NCBI GenBank assembly: GCA_026415615.1 | Contig: JAOAGT010000002.1 | Location: 448,545-512,544 of the forward strand | DNA from: Thermoleophilia bacterium | Lineage (GTDB): Bacteria; Actinomycetota; Thermoleophilia; RBG-16-64-13 | DNA length: 64,000 bases | Reading direction: 5' to 3' | Part shown: piece by piece, positions 51,644-60,884 of the stretch | Layout of the letters: each line of letters starts with the position of its first letter | How positions within the stretch are numbered: the stretch's first letter is position 1 | Position numbers and translations under genes: made by a program | The notes under the pieces: generated by a model | The model's database searches: none | The model's input: the letters and a program-made list of their open reading frames with translations, nothing else | Told to the model about the DNA's origin: nothing

Positions 51644-54199
51644 ATGATCGCGCGCACTACGGCCTGGTCAGCGGGCCCCGGCTGCCACGGAGGGTGCGGG
51701 GTTCTAGCTTATGTTGAGGACGGCAGACTGGTAAAGGTGGAAGGGGATCCGGATCATCCCATCAACCGGGGACGGCTCTGCGCCCGGTGTCTGGCGATGC
51801 CCCAGTACATCTATCACCCGGATCGCCTACGCAGTCCCAGGATTAGAGTTGGCGAGCGCGGCGAGGGAAAGTGGAAAGACATCTCTTGGGAGGAGGCCTT
51901 CGACTATATAGAGGAAAGAATGAAGGCCATCCGAGACAAGCATGGGGCCGAAAGCGTGCTGTTTGCTATGGGCACCGGTCGTGATGTCGGGGCCTGGATC
52001 TGTTTGCTTGCTTACAACTATGGGAGTCCCAACGTAGTTTTTGCCCTATCCGGAATCGGATGCTACACGCCTCGTATTGTGGCCTCCGAGACAGTGTTGG
52101 GTGACTACTGCGTGTTTGACGGTGGGCAGTGGCTTCCGCAGGGACACGATGATCCGGCGTACCGAGTGCCGGAGTGCATCGTTATCTGGGGTTACAACAT
52201 TAACGCCTCTTGCCCAGACAATATCTTTGGTCACTGGGTGACCGATCTCATGAAAAAGGGCTCCAAGCTCATCACGATCGATCCCCGTCTTACCTTTTTT
52301 GCTTCGCGAGCCGACAAGTGGCTTCAGCTTAGGCCTGGTACAGATGGTGCCCTGGCTATGGGCTTTCTCAATGTGATCATCGAAGAAGGACTCTACGACA
52401 AGGAGTTTGTAGAGAAGTGGACAAATGCTCCCCATCTGATCCGGACCGACACAGGTACGCTCTTGCGCGCTTCGCACCTGGTTGCTGATGGCTCGCCTGA
52501 CGACTTTGTGGTCTGGGATCTTGCCGGTGGACGTCCTGCTATATGGGATTCGGCCAACGTGGAGTTTCGCAGTCCTGGGGTGACTCCTGCGTTGGAAGGA
52601 AGCTTTACCGTGCGTCTGGCTGACGGTTCCTCGGTTACCACTGAGACGGTGTGGTCGCTGTTCTGCAGGGAAGTCGCCAAGTATCCTGTGGAGGAGGTTG
52701 CGAGAATCACCTGGCTCAAGCCGGACGATATCAGAGAAGCTGCCCGTCTATATGCCACGAGCAAACCCGCCACCATCCAGTGGGGCGTGGCAATTGATAT
52801 GACTCCGGCCATAACTCCCACCTCAATGGCTATTGCCGACCTTTGGTGCATTACCGGCAACCTTGACGTGCCGGGGGGAAATGTGATTGCGCGCCCGGCT
52901 TTTGGGGCAGTGCCGTACGCTCTACCTGGGCAAAGGGGGCCTATCCGGCTGCCCGATGAAAGCATCGACGAAAAGCGCATAGGTCGAGACCGTTACGGAG
53001 CTCTAAGAGAGTTCATTTGGCGGGCCCACACCGATCTTGCGTTGGAACAGATCTTTACCGGAGATCCGTACCCGATTAAGGGAATGTGGATTCAGTGCTG
53101 CAACTTGGTAGGAGGCATAGGGTACGACCCGGAGCGATGGGTGAGGGCTTTGAAGAAGCTCGACTTTGTCGCTGTGGTGGACACTTTCATGACGCCTACT
53201 GCGGAGCTTGCGGACATCGTGCTACCCGCGGCTACTTTCTTAGAAAAGAACGGAGTGCGCAGCTGGTGGACTCCGCTTGAGGCCATTGTCAAGGTTGTTG
53301 AAGTGGAAGGGTGCAAACCGGACAACGAAATCAACTTTGAGCTTGCCAGGCGCTTTAATCCAAACATGAAGTGGAAGTCCTGCGATGAGCTTCTGGACGA
53401 GATCGTAAGTCCAGCGGGCGTGACCTTCAAAGAGCTTGCCGAGAAGGGCTGGATTCTTCCTCCTGATGGTCATCCGAGCGCTCCCTACCGCCGACACGAG
53501 CGCGGTTTACTTCGGCCCGACGGAAAGCCTGGCTTTAAAACTCCATCGGGCAAGGTAGAGCTCTACTCAGTCTTGCGGGAAAAATGGGGGTTTGAGCCCT
53601 TGCCACACCACGAGGAGCCGCCTTTTAGTCCGGTGGCGAGCCCAGACCTCTTCCAGCGATATCCGCTTATTCTCACCACTGGGAGGCGCTCTCCCGTGTA
53701 CTTTAACTCCGAGCATCGCAATATCCCTTGGCTTCGTGAGGCCGACCCCGACCCAGTGGTTGAACTTCATCCTGAGACTGCCGCTGCCCTAGGCATCGGC
53801 GATGGCGAGTGGGTCTGGATAGAGAACATGTTTGGGCGGTGTCGACTGAAAGCCAAGCTCACGCGTGTAGTGCCGCGCTGGCTAGCCTCTGCTACGCATG
53901 GATGGTGGTACCCAGAGAGAGAAGGTGCCGAGCCGTCGCTGCGGGGAGTTTGGGACTCAAGCACAAATCAACTGCTTCCTATGGGCTATCAGGGCAAAGA
54001 CGGATTGGGGACCCATGCCAAGTGCACCATCTGCCGGGTCTATCGGGCCCACACCGCTCCTCCCAGCGCCTATGCCATGCCAGAGGGCGGTGTCATTGGT
54101 GGAGTACTAAAGCCGAGATCGGTGCCTCATGGTGCGGCTCCAGGCCACGCCTCGGCGCCGGCCGGATCGGCGGGGCGGGAAGACAGAGAGGAGAAGTAA
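51644..54199 (+). CDS. molybdopterin oxidoreductase (DMSO reductase superfamily), cytoplasmic, substrate unknown
   Basis: ATG 51644 after GGAGAGTGGGGG (the ORF-track start at 51626 is also possible). N-terminal Cys pattern GCHGGCG-x26-CARC, then typical MopB blocks (ISWEEAFDYI, GYN, LRPGTDGALA, C-terminal barrel). No twin-arginine signal and no in-frame TGA. Confidence 0.85.
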   Translation: MIARTTAWSAGPGCHGGCGVLAYVEDGRLVKVEGDPDHPINRGRLCARCLAMPQYIYHPDRLRSPRIRVGERGEGKWKDISWEEAFDYIEERMKAIRDKHGAESVLFAMGTGRDVGAWICLLAYNYGSPNVVFALSGIGCYTPRIVASETVLGDYCVFDGGQWLPQGHDDPAYRVPECIVIWGYNINASCPDNIFGHWVTDLMKKGSKLITIDPRLTFFASRADKWLQLRPGTDGALAMGFLNVIIEEGLYDKEFVEKWTNAPHLIRTDTGTLLRASHLVADGSPDDFVVWDLAGGRPAIWDSANVEFRSPGVTPALEGSFTVRLADGSSVTTETVWSLFCREVAKYPVEEVARITWLKPDDIREAARLYATSKPATIQWGVAIDMTPAITPTSMAIADLWCITGNLDVPGGNVIARPAFGAVPYALPGQRGPIRLPDESIDEKRIGRDRYGALREFIWRAHTDLALEQIFTGDPYPIKGMWIQCCNLVGGIGYDPERWVRALKKLDFVAVVDTFMTPTAELADIVLPAATFLEKNGVRSWWTPLEAIVKVVEVEGCKPDNEINFELARRFNPNMKWKSCDELLDEIVSPAGVTFKELAEKGWILPPDGHPSAPYRRHERGLLRPDGKPGFKTPSGKVELYSVLREKWGFEPLPHHEEPPFSPVASPDLFQRYPLILTTGRRSPVYFNSEHRNIPWLREADPDPVVELHPETAAALGIGDGEWVWIENMFGRCRLKAKLTRVVPRWLASATHGWWYPEREGAEPSLRGVWDSSTNQLLPMGYQGKDGLGTHAKCTICRVYRAHTAPPSAYAMPEGGVIGGVLKPRSVPHGAAPGHASAPAGSAGREDREEK

Positions 54200-54200
54200 G

Positions 54201-54617
54201 GTGTCGGATCACAGAGTGAATTCAGACGCCAGCGTCAGCCAGGGTGCACCCACGAGTGGTGAAACAAAGCCGCGTCGTGACAAGCAACCCGAGTATGGCC
54301 TTCTCATTGACTATGAATTCTGCACCGGGTGTTTTGCTTGTCAGGTGGCCTGTCAGCAAGAGCACCGCTGGCCGTCGGGATTGGGAGGCATTCGGGTGCA
54401 GGAGATAGTCCAAAATTTGCCGAATGATCGGGCCTACCTTACATATCTCCCCTTTCCGACCGAGCTCTGTGTCCTGTGTGCTGCACGCACTCGTAAAGGG
54501 CTTCAACCCGCATGCGTCCAGCACTGCATGGCTCGCTGCATGAAATATGGGCGACTGGAGGATCTCGTCAAGGAGATGACGAAGCCGCGGATGGTGTTAT
54601 GGGCGCCTCGCGCGTGA
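54201..54617 (+). CDS. small 4Fe-4S cluster protein (electron-transfer partner of the molybdoenzyme)
   Basis: GTG 54201 one nt after the upstream stop, RBS GAGAGGAGAAG. CTGCFACQVACQQEH and CVLCAARTRKGLQPACVQHCMARC. Confidence 0.75.
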   Translation: MSDHRVNSDASVSQGAPTSGETKPRRDKQPEYGLLIDYEFCTGCFACQVACQQEHRWPSGLGGIRVQEIVQNLPNDRAYLTYLPFPTELCVLCAARTRKGLQPACVQHCMARCMKYGRLEDLVKEMTKPRMVLWAPRA

Positions 54618-54662
54618 TTTGCGCCTAAGTAATTCGCGCTTAGCTCGGTAATTCGCGCTCAA

Positions 54663-55247
54663 TTAGTTGTGGCAGTTGTGGCGAGTTGGGGCATCCCGCC
54701 AGGCAACTCTCTCGGACGAGATTGGTCGGGCTGGCACTCCACCCACAAAGCTTCCCGGTGCCACGTCCGCGTTAACCAAGCTACAAGCGGAGATCACAGC
54801 ACGATCTCCGATCTTTACTCCTGGCAGAATGGTCACGTTGGCGCCTATCATCACCCGCTGACCAATCGTGACCGGTCCAACTCGCAGCTCGTCAACTAGG
54901 AACTCGTGAGCGAGGATTACCGTGTTGTAGCCAATAATAGAGTTATCGCCAACGGTTATAAGTTGGGGGAAGAATATGTCCAAGACGGATCCGAGGCCAA
55001 ACGATACTTGATTCCCGATACGTGCTCCTAGTGCCCGGTAGAGGAAGTTTTTCCAGGACAGGAAAGGCAAGTACCGGCAAAGGTATATCACGACAAAATT
55101 AAGAGCTACCCTACGCAGCGGTACCCACTTTCGCCAGACCCACAGGGAATTAGAGTCTGGCGGCGCCGGCATAACTGACAGTCTAGCAGTTCGTGATGTC
55201 TGTCCGTCCATCCAAGAGTGCTCGCTTATTGCCGTGCATCCTACCAA
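54663..55247 (-). CDS. hexapeptide-repeat (LbH) acyltransferase with N-terminal hydrophobic segment
   Basis: IGNQVSFG...ITVGDNSIIGYNTVI....VTIGQRVMIGANVTILPGVKIGDRAVISACSLV. The start is uncertain (Met codons at 55247, 55211 and 55172). Confidence 0.8.
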   Translation of the reverse strand: MVGCTAISEHSWMDGQTSRTARLSVMPAPPDSNSLWVWRKWVPLRRVALNFVVIYLCRYLPFLSWKNFLYRALGARIGNQVSFGLGSVLDIFFPQLITVGDNSIIGYNTVILAHEFLVDELRVGPVTIGQRVMIGANVTILPGVKIGDRAVISACSLVNADVAPGSFVGGVPARPISSERVAWRDAPTRHNCHN

Positions 55248-55327
55248 GTATTGTAAAGCGGGCGCGGCAGTGGTCTACTCTACTGCGTAGGAGTAGTTGT
55301 AAAGCAGCAGTAGTTCGTAAAGCAGCA
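55248..55327. repeat. three copies of a GTA(G)TT(C)GTAAAGC motif (two as an 18-bp tandem) plus a hairpin in the acyltransferase/DUF1405 divergent region
   Basis: AGTATTGTAAAGCG 55247-55260, AGTAGTTGTAAAGCAGCA 55292-55309 and GTAGTTCGTAAAGCAGCA 55310-55327. Hairpin CTACTCTAC-TGC-GTAGGAGTAG at 55275-55296. Confidence 0.7.
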
Positions 55328-55357
55328 CCTAACGGGTTCTCAACTGGGTAAGCCGCA

Positions 55358-56026
55358 ATGGTATCGTTGCTCTCTTCACAGCCACACGAGTACCGGATCT
55401 TGCGGCATGCCGTGAGGGCTTGGACCTGTTTTGCTCGCTGGGCGGTCTACAGTCCCGTCGTCTGGGTCTTGGTTGCGGTTAACCTCGGTAGTGCAGTTCC
55501 GGGTTACCTTTTTTGGTATGGCGGAACGCTACAGCGTTCTCCCTGGTACCTGTGGGTTTTCGTTCCTGACAGCCCCCTGTCTGTCAGCCTTATGGGCGTG
55601 GCGCTTGTGGCCTTGCATTACCGCAAACGGTGGGAAGTACTGTATATGTTGGCCTCCGTTAGCTGTATGAAATATGGAATGTGGACTGTCTTGGTCTGGC
55701 TTACCCACTACCTCTCGGGCGGAAGTTACGACTTTACCGCTATCCTAATGAGCGCGACCCACGGCGGAATGGTGATCGAGGGCTTTATAGTTGCTGTCCT
55801 CATGCGACGCGTTCTTTTATCTCTTGTTGTCTCTGCTTGCTACCTAGTGGTCAATGACGTGGTCGACTACGTGCTCGGTCACCATCCGCGAGTTCCCAAT
55901 CCTCAAGACTTGCCGCTAATAGGCATCTTAACGGCTCTTCTGTCCGTCCTCATCATCGTCGGGTGGGTGGTTGTTCTGGTCAAACAAGGGGCACTTCATC
56001 GCCAGTCCGCGTTGATGGGCAAGTGA
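55358..56026 (+). CDS. DUF1405 family integral membrane protein
   Basis: 222 aa. NLGSAVPGYLFWYG..L......YLWVFVPDSPLSV matches the remembered DUF1405 signature. Multiple TM segments. Confidence 0.7.
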   Translation: MVSLLSSQPHEYRILRHAVRAWTCFARWAVYSPVVWVLVAVNLGSAVPGYLFWYGGTLQRSPWYLWVFVPDSPLSVSLMGVALVALHYRKRWEVLYMLASVSCMKYGMWTVLVWLTHYLSGGSYDFTAILMSATHGGMVIEGFIVAVLMRRVLLSLVVSACYLVVNDVVDYVLGHHPRVPNPQDLPLIGILTALLSVLIIVGWVVVLVKQGALHRQSALMGK

Positions 56027-56095
56027 GGCGGGGCGTGTCCAGCGCTGGCACTTCGGCCGAGCCTCCAGATTTCAAATAGCATCTTGGGACTTAAT

Positions 56096-56137
56096 GGCTG
56101 AGATTTGACGGCTGAGATTTGATAGGTGGGATTTGAT
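56096..56137. repeat. three phased 14-bp direct repeats (GGCTGAGATTTGAC / GGCTGAGATTTGAT / AGGTGGGATTTGAT) upstream of ftsH
   Basis: Read directly. Related half-sites AGATTTCAA at 56067-56075 and CTTGATTG at 56142-56149. Confidence 0.8.
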
Positions 56138-56215
56138 GCGCTCTTGATTGGGGTAGTGTTAAATAGCAGCGGCGGCGTGAGAAATAGCCGATGCCAACAT
56201 GTGAAGGGTGTGTAT

Positions 56216-58282
56216 ATGGTTCTTGGCGCAGTCGAGAACAACGACCAGTCGGTGAAGGCCGAGAAGAGCTTGGAGTCCGGTGAGCGTGCTGGAGTAGGGC
56301 AGAGCAACTCGCGTTCTGCTCGCTCCAATCGGCAGGCCCAAAGGCCTCTTCGCTCGCCCACAACTCGGGGAGAGGGCGACGCCGACGGGCGTCAGCCTCG
56401 CGGGCGGCACCTTTGGCACTTTGTGGCCTACGTCATTGTGGCTCTGGTGGCCCTGTATCTGTTTCAGCAGTTTATCCTTGGTCCTCTAACCAGTCCCTCG
56501 GTTGAGCTCGACTACAGCACATTCAAGGCTAAGCTTGCTGAGGGGCAGATACTTACCGCCACCATTGGGGACAACCAGATAACCGGGACGATGAAGGATC
56601 CCACAGGGGCTACCAAGAAGGGAGTCGAGTTTCGAACCTACGCCAAGCTGGGTGCAGACAGCAATCTTGTCAAGGAGCTGCAGGACGCCGGAGTCCACTA
56701 CAAGTTCAGCAGCCCGAGCAGTCCCGTGGTGAACATTCTCATTAGCCTGTTGCCTTTTGTGCTGATCGGGGTGTTCTGGTACTTGATGTACGGCCGGATC
56801 ATGGGCGGCGCGAGGGGCGCGGGGGGCATATTTGGCGTGGGAAAGAGCAAAGCTACCCGCGTTATGCCTGAGCAGGTAGGGGTGACGTTTAAAGACGTGG
56901 GCGGAGCCGACGAGGCTATTGCTGAATTGCGGGAGATCATCGAATTTCTCAAGAATCCTGAGCAGTTCGCTCGTTTGGGCGGCCGAATTCCGAAAGGTGT
57001 GTTGCTGGTGGGTCCGCCGGGAACGGGTAAGACCCTGTTGGCAAAGGCGACGGCTGGCGAGGCTGGTGTACCTTTCTTTGAAAGTAGCGGGTCTGAGTTT
57101 GTTGAGATGTTCGTCGGAGTGGGAGCAGCCCGCGTGCGCGATCTGTTTGAGCAAGCGCGCAAAGTGGCTCCGGCAATCGTTTTCATCGATGAGATTGATG
57201 CCATCGGAAAGAGTCGCGCGATGGGCATCACGCTGGGAGGGGCCAATGACGAGCGCGAGCAAACTTTGAACCAGTTGCTTGCTGAAATCGACGGTTTTAG
57301 CAGCGACACTGGTCGTCCGGTAATCATAATGGCGGCAACTAACCGTCCCGAGGTTCTCGACCCTGCGTTGCTGCGTCCCGGGCGATTTGACCGGCAGATC
57401 GAGGTAGGCAATCCGGATCTTCACGGGCGTATACAGATCCTTAAGATTCATAGCCGCGGAATTAAACTTGCCCCCGACTTTGACATCGAGCGGGCAGCCA
57501 GAATAACCCCTGGTTTTAGCGGCGCCGACTTGGCCAACACCATGAACGAAGCAGCGCTTCTTGCGGCCAGACGTAACGCTCGTGCGGTGACTATGGCCGA
57601 CTTCGAAGCGGCTATGGAGCGAGTCATAGCAGGGCTGGAAAAGAAAACTCGAGCCATGAACGAACACGAGCGCAGAATCGTTGCCTACCACGAAGCGGGC
57701 CACGCTTTGGTTGCCGGACTTCTGCCGCATGCCGATCCGGTTGCCAAAATAAGCATCATTCCGCGTGCCCGCGGTGCTCTGGGTTACACGCTTCAGATGC
57801 CAGCCGAAGATCGATACATTCTGACTCGAGAGGAGCTTCTTGATCGTATCGCTGTGATGCTTGGGGGTAGGGCTGCGGAGAAATTAGTTGTAGGGACGAT
57901 TAGCACCGGAGCGACTGATGATATCCAAAAAGCAACGGAGCTAGCTCGCCGCATGGTGGTTGAGTTTGGCATGAGCGAGGCTCTAGGCTCGGTACGTTAT
58001 GCTGGGCAGCAACTGCAGTATCTCGGGGGAGGGATACAAGAAGCGGGCGTTATTAGTCCCAGTACCCAAGAGCTAATAGACCGCGAAGTCAAGAATTTAG
58101 TAACTGAGCAGTATGAGCGGGCTGTCACCTTGCTCACCGAGCATCGGCAGGCATTGGAATATCTCGCCAACAAACTGCTGCGTGAGGAAACGCTCGAGGG
58201 TTCTGTTGTGCAAGAGGCCCTAGAGGTCGAGGGTCAGGGATCAAACGCGACCGCCGCCGAGGCGATAAGCCCGGCGCCGTAG
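56216..58282 (+). CDS. ftsH: ATP-dependent zinc metalloprotease FtsH
   Basis: Walker A GPPGTGKT, Walker [13 protein letters not shown] and zinc site HEAGHA. Start ATG 56216 preferred over the ORF-track 56126. About 80 aa of Arg/Ser/Gly-rich N-terminal extension before TM1. Confidence 0.95.
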   Translation: MVLGAVENNDQSVKAEKSLESGERAGVGQSNSRSARSNRQAQRPLRSPTTRGEGDADGRQPRGRHLWHFVAYVIVALVALYLFQQFILGPLTSPSVELDYSTFKAKLAEGQILTATIGDNQITGTMKDPTGATKKGVEFRTYAKLGADSNLVKELQDAGVHYKFSSPSSPVVNILISLLPFVLIGVFWYLMYGRIMGGARGAGGIFGVGKSKATRVMPEQVGVTFKDVGGADEAIAELREIIEFLKNPEQFARLGGRIPKGVLLVGPPGTGKTLLAKATAGEAGVPFFESSGSEFVEMFVGVGAARVRDLFEQARKVAPAIVFIDEIDAIGKSRAMGITLGGANDEREQTLNQLLAEIDGFSSDTGRPVIIMAATNRPEVLDPALLRPGRFDRQIEVGNPDLHGRIQILKIHSRGIKLAPDFDIERAARITPGFSGADLANTMNEAALLAARRNARAVTMADFEAAMERVIAGLEKKTRAMNEHERRIVAYHEAGHALVAGLLPHADPVAKISIIPRARGALGYTLQMPAEDRYILTREELLDRIAVMLGGRAAEKLVVGTISTGATDDIQKATELARRMVVEFGMSEALGSVRYAGQQLQYLGGGIQEAGVISPSTQELIDREVKNLVTEQYERAVTLLTEHRQALEYLANKLLREETLEGSVVQEALEVEGQGSNATAAEAISPAP

Positions 58283-58305
58283 GATATGAGGGAAGCGAGA
58301 CTGCT

Positions 58306-59142
58306 ATGACATCTGTGGGCGTGATAGGGGCTGGCAATATGGGTTCTGCCATGGTTCGAGGTTGGGCCCGTGACCCCGCGAGCAACCTCGAGGTAGTTGT
58401 CTGGGACAAAGTCGAAAGCGCGGTTCGGCAATTTGACGCCTTTCCTCGTGTACGGCTCGCGGCTGGCCTGGAGGATGTCATCAAAGACGTAGACTTTGTT
58501 TTTCTGGTGGTAAAGCCCAAGGACGCCATCCAGGTGCTTCGAGAACTTCGCTCGTGCTTGAATGCGGTGCAGACTGTTGTTTCGGCCATGGCGGGGGTCA
58601 CTCTTGCCTGGCTGCGGGAGGGGCTTGGACCCGGCCCTGGGTTGATCCGCATCATGCCCAATCTTGCGGTTGAGTTTGGAGTGGGCACGATTGGTCTAGC
58701 TCCCGAGTGGGGCACAAGTGAGGAAATGATTGCGGCCTGCCGGCGAATCCTTAGTCCGCTGGGCTTGGTTGAGATGGTACCGGAGGACTGTATGGATGCC
58801 GTCACCGCGGTGGCCGGCTCGGGGCCTGCTTTCTTTGCTATTGCCATGGAGGCGCTCGAAGACGGCGCTGTTTCAGCAGGGTTGAGTAGGGCTGCGGCTA
58901 GAGCACTCGTGTTGCGGGTTGCCGCCCGTGTGGGCGAGGAACTCATGCTTCTCCATGACGAAATGCGAGAAGGTTTATCCGGAATTGACGACAGGGAACA
59001 ACAAATGTCAGCTGTTGCGAGGGCCGCGGCTTTGGTCGAGCAGCGCGCAGTGCGGGAAGCTTTTCGCCAAGCCGTGGTGGCGGCAGTCGAGCGTGGGCGC
59101 GCGATGCTCTTGCATCAGCCCCGTCCTAGTGCTGTAGACTGA
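58306..59142 (+). CDS. proC: pyrroline-5-carboxylate reductase
   Basis: 278 aa. VGVIGAGNMGSAM and a typical P5CR C-terminal dimerisation region (AVTAVAGSGPAFFA..MEAL.DGAV..GL). Confidence 0.85.
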   Translation: MTSVGVIGAGNMGSAMVRGWARDPASNLEVVVWDKVESAVRQFDAFPRVRLAAGLEDVIKDVDFVFLVVKPKDAIQVLRELRSCLNAVQTVVSAMAGVTLAWLREGLGPGPGLIRIMPNLAVEFGVGTIGLAPEWGTSEEMIAACRRILSPLGLVEMVPEDCMDAVTAVAGSGPAFFAIAMEALEDGAVSAGLSRAAARALVLRVAARVGEELMLLHDEMREGLSGIDDREQQMSAVARAAALVEQRAVREAFRQAVVAAVERGRAMLLHQPRPSAVD

Positions 59143-59185
59143 AAGACAGTGGCAAATTTCGGGTCACAAGGAGAGGGAGGGAAAA

Positions 59186-59818
59186 ATGCTAGTCAGGGAT
59201 CGGATGTCAAAACACCCCGTCACGATTCGACCCGATGCATCAGTTCCGGATGCGCTGAAGGTGATGCAGGGTAGCAAGGTCCGTCAGCTTCCCGTAGTCA
59301 CCGACAAAGGGGAGCTGGTTGGAATAGTCTCCTTGGTAGACCTGTTCAGAGTCTCGCCTTCCCCAGCTACGTCACTTAGCGTTTGGGAAGTGGACTACTT
59401 GCTTGAGAAGATCACCATCGAGCAAATCATGACTCGAGAGGTGATCACCGTCACCGAAGATACGGCAGTGGAGGAGGCGGGTCGGATCATGGCTGACAAC
59501 AAGATCAGCGGCCTGCCAGTTATGCGCGGTGACGAGCTTGTCGGCATGTTTACTGAGAGCCACGTTTTCAACATCTTGCTCGAACTATTTGGGGCGTGGA
59601 CTTCCGGCGTCAGGGTCACAGCCAAGATTGCTCATGAGCAGGGGATGTTGGCCAAGATCACCGGCGCTATCGCCAGCATAGGAGGGCAAATCGAGGCGCT
59701 TGGTCTTCACGGAGATTCGCAGACCGTCACTTTTAAGGTGGTGAATCTCCCGCGGGAGGAAATCATCAAGGCTATTGAGCCTCTTGTGATAGAGATCCTG
59801 GACGTAAGAGAAACCTGA
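59186..59818 (+). CDS. CBS-pair plus ACT domain protein (AcuB-like)
   Basis: 210 aa, RBS AAGGAGAGGGAGG. Two CBS motifs (MSKHPVTIRPD..., MTREVITVTED...) and a C-terminal ACT-like segment. Confidence 0.8.
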   Translation: MLVRDRMSKHPVTIRPDASVPDALKVMQGSKVRQLPVVTDKGELVGIVSLVDLFRVSPSPATSLSVWEVDYLLEKITIEQIMTREVITVTEDTAVEEAGRIMADNKISGLPVMRGDELVGMFTESHVFNILLELFGAWTSGVRVTAKIAHEQGMLAKITGAIASIGGQIEALGLHGDSQTVTFKVVNLPREEIIKAIEPLVIEILDVRET

Positions 59819-59844
59819 AGCACCTTTCATTGCTTCTGAAATCG

Positions 59845-59881
59845 GCGGGGCGGGGGCTTGTCTTGCAAGCCCCCGCCCCGC
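59845..59881. terminator. bidirectional terminator hairpin
   Basis: GCGGGGCGGGGGCTTG-TCTTG-CAAGCCCCCGCCCCGC (16-bp stem) between convergent genes. Confidence 0.75.
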
Positions 59882-59945
59882 AGTTTCTCTCCAGGACTCC
59901 CGCGCGAAGATACTTCCGCGCTTAAGCTAGATCTACGAAATACGT

Positions 59946-60884
59946 CTACGAAGTTTTTCTCGCCGGCTGGGCTTGTTTGCGCAGGTAGATGAACCAGTAC
60001 ATGAATCCCACCAAGACGGCCCCGCCAATAATGTTGCCAATTGTTACGGGGATGAGATTGTTCACGAAGAAGTTTCCCCAGGTAAGGTCGGGATAGTCGG
60101 CAGCAGTCTTGCCGATCGCCGTCCAGAAGGACTCCGGGGCAAGTGCTTTGATCGCTAGGCCCAGAGGAATGAAGTACATGTTTGCAATGCTGTGCTCGAA
60201 GCCTGCAGCGACGAAAGCAGTTATGGGCGGAATTATGGCCAATATACGGTCAGTAGTGCTGCGGGCGCTGTAGGTAAGCCAGACTGCCAAGCAGACAAGG
60301 GCATTACACATGATGCCCAAGACAAGAGCTTGGAAGAAATCTAGACCGGACTTGGTGTTGGCTATAGCAAGTGCTGTTGCGCCCACGACTCCGGACCCAA
60401 AGCGGTACTGCCCGGTGGCTAGCATGAGGCCCACGGTAGCCAGGGAGCCCACAAAATTTCCCACCCAGACGACCAGCCAGTTCCACAGTAGTCGCCGGGT
60501 GCTTACTTTTCGCCGGGCCCAAGCCATTACGATCAAATTGTTTCCCGTAAAAAGCTCGGCTCCGCCGATCACTACCAGCATGAGCCCGAGGCTAAAAGCT
60601 AGACCGCCGAGCAGTTTCACTATCCCATATGGTAGGGCGCCAGTAAGCCCGGCGGATCCGTCAACCGAGCGGAAATCCAAAGTGCCTGAGATTACGGTGG
60701 TTGAGAAAACTGCTCCCAGAGCAATAAAGGCGCCAGCTAGCACGGAAAGAGCAAACATCCGGGGGAAATCCATGTTTGCCTTAGACACGCCTATCTGTTC
60801 GGCCTTAGTTGCCATCTGTGAGGGGAGAAGGGCGTCAAAGGAAACGGCACCATGGCCGGGATGATTCCCCTGTGGTCTTCTCAT
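59946..60884 (-). CDS. formate/nitrite transporter (FNT) family channel
   Basis: Six TM helices with FNT blocks (FALSVLAGAFIALG, GAELFTGN, GNFVGS, FEHSIANMY, NLIPVTIGNIIGG). Preferred ATG 60884 overlaps the upstream stop (ATGA). Confidence 0.9.
   Translation of the reverse strand: MRRPQGNHPGHGAVSFDALLPSQMATKAEQIGVSKANMDFPRMFALSVLAGAFIALGAVFSTTVISGTLDFRSVDGSAGLTGALPYGIVKLLGGLAFSLGLMLVVIGGAELFTGNNLIVMAWARRKVSTRRLLWNWLVVWVGNFVGSLATVGLMLATGQYRFGSGVVGATALAIANTKSGLDFFQALVLGIMCNALVCLAVWLTYSARSTTDRILAIIPPITAFVAAGFEHSIANMYFIPLGLAIKALAPESFWTAIGKTAADYPDLTWGNFFVNNLIPVTIGNIIGGAVLVGFMYWFIYLRKQAQPARKTS

Noticed and set aside
51626-54199. Selenocysteine or Tat-exported formate-dehydrogenase-like enzyme
   Set aside because: The ORF is uninterrupted with no in-frame TGA. 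No SECIS-like hairpin is needed, and there is no RRxF(L/I)K leader. Formate dehydrogenase signature blocks were not recognised.
56486-57730. 414-aa minus-strand ORF (with nested ORFs 56698-57411 and 57448-57657)
   Set aside because: It is antisense to ftsH, whose Walker A/B and HEAGH motifs are unambiguous. There is no RBS and no motifs.
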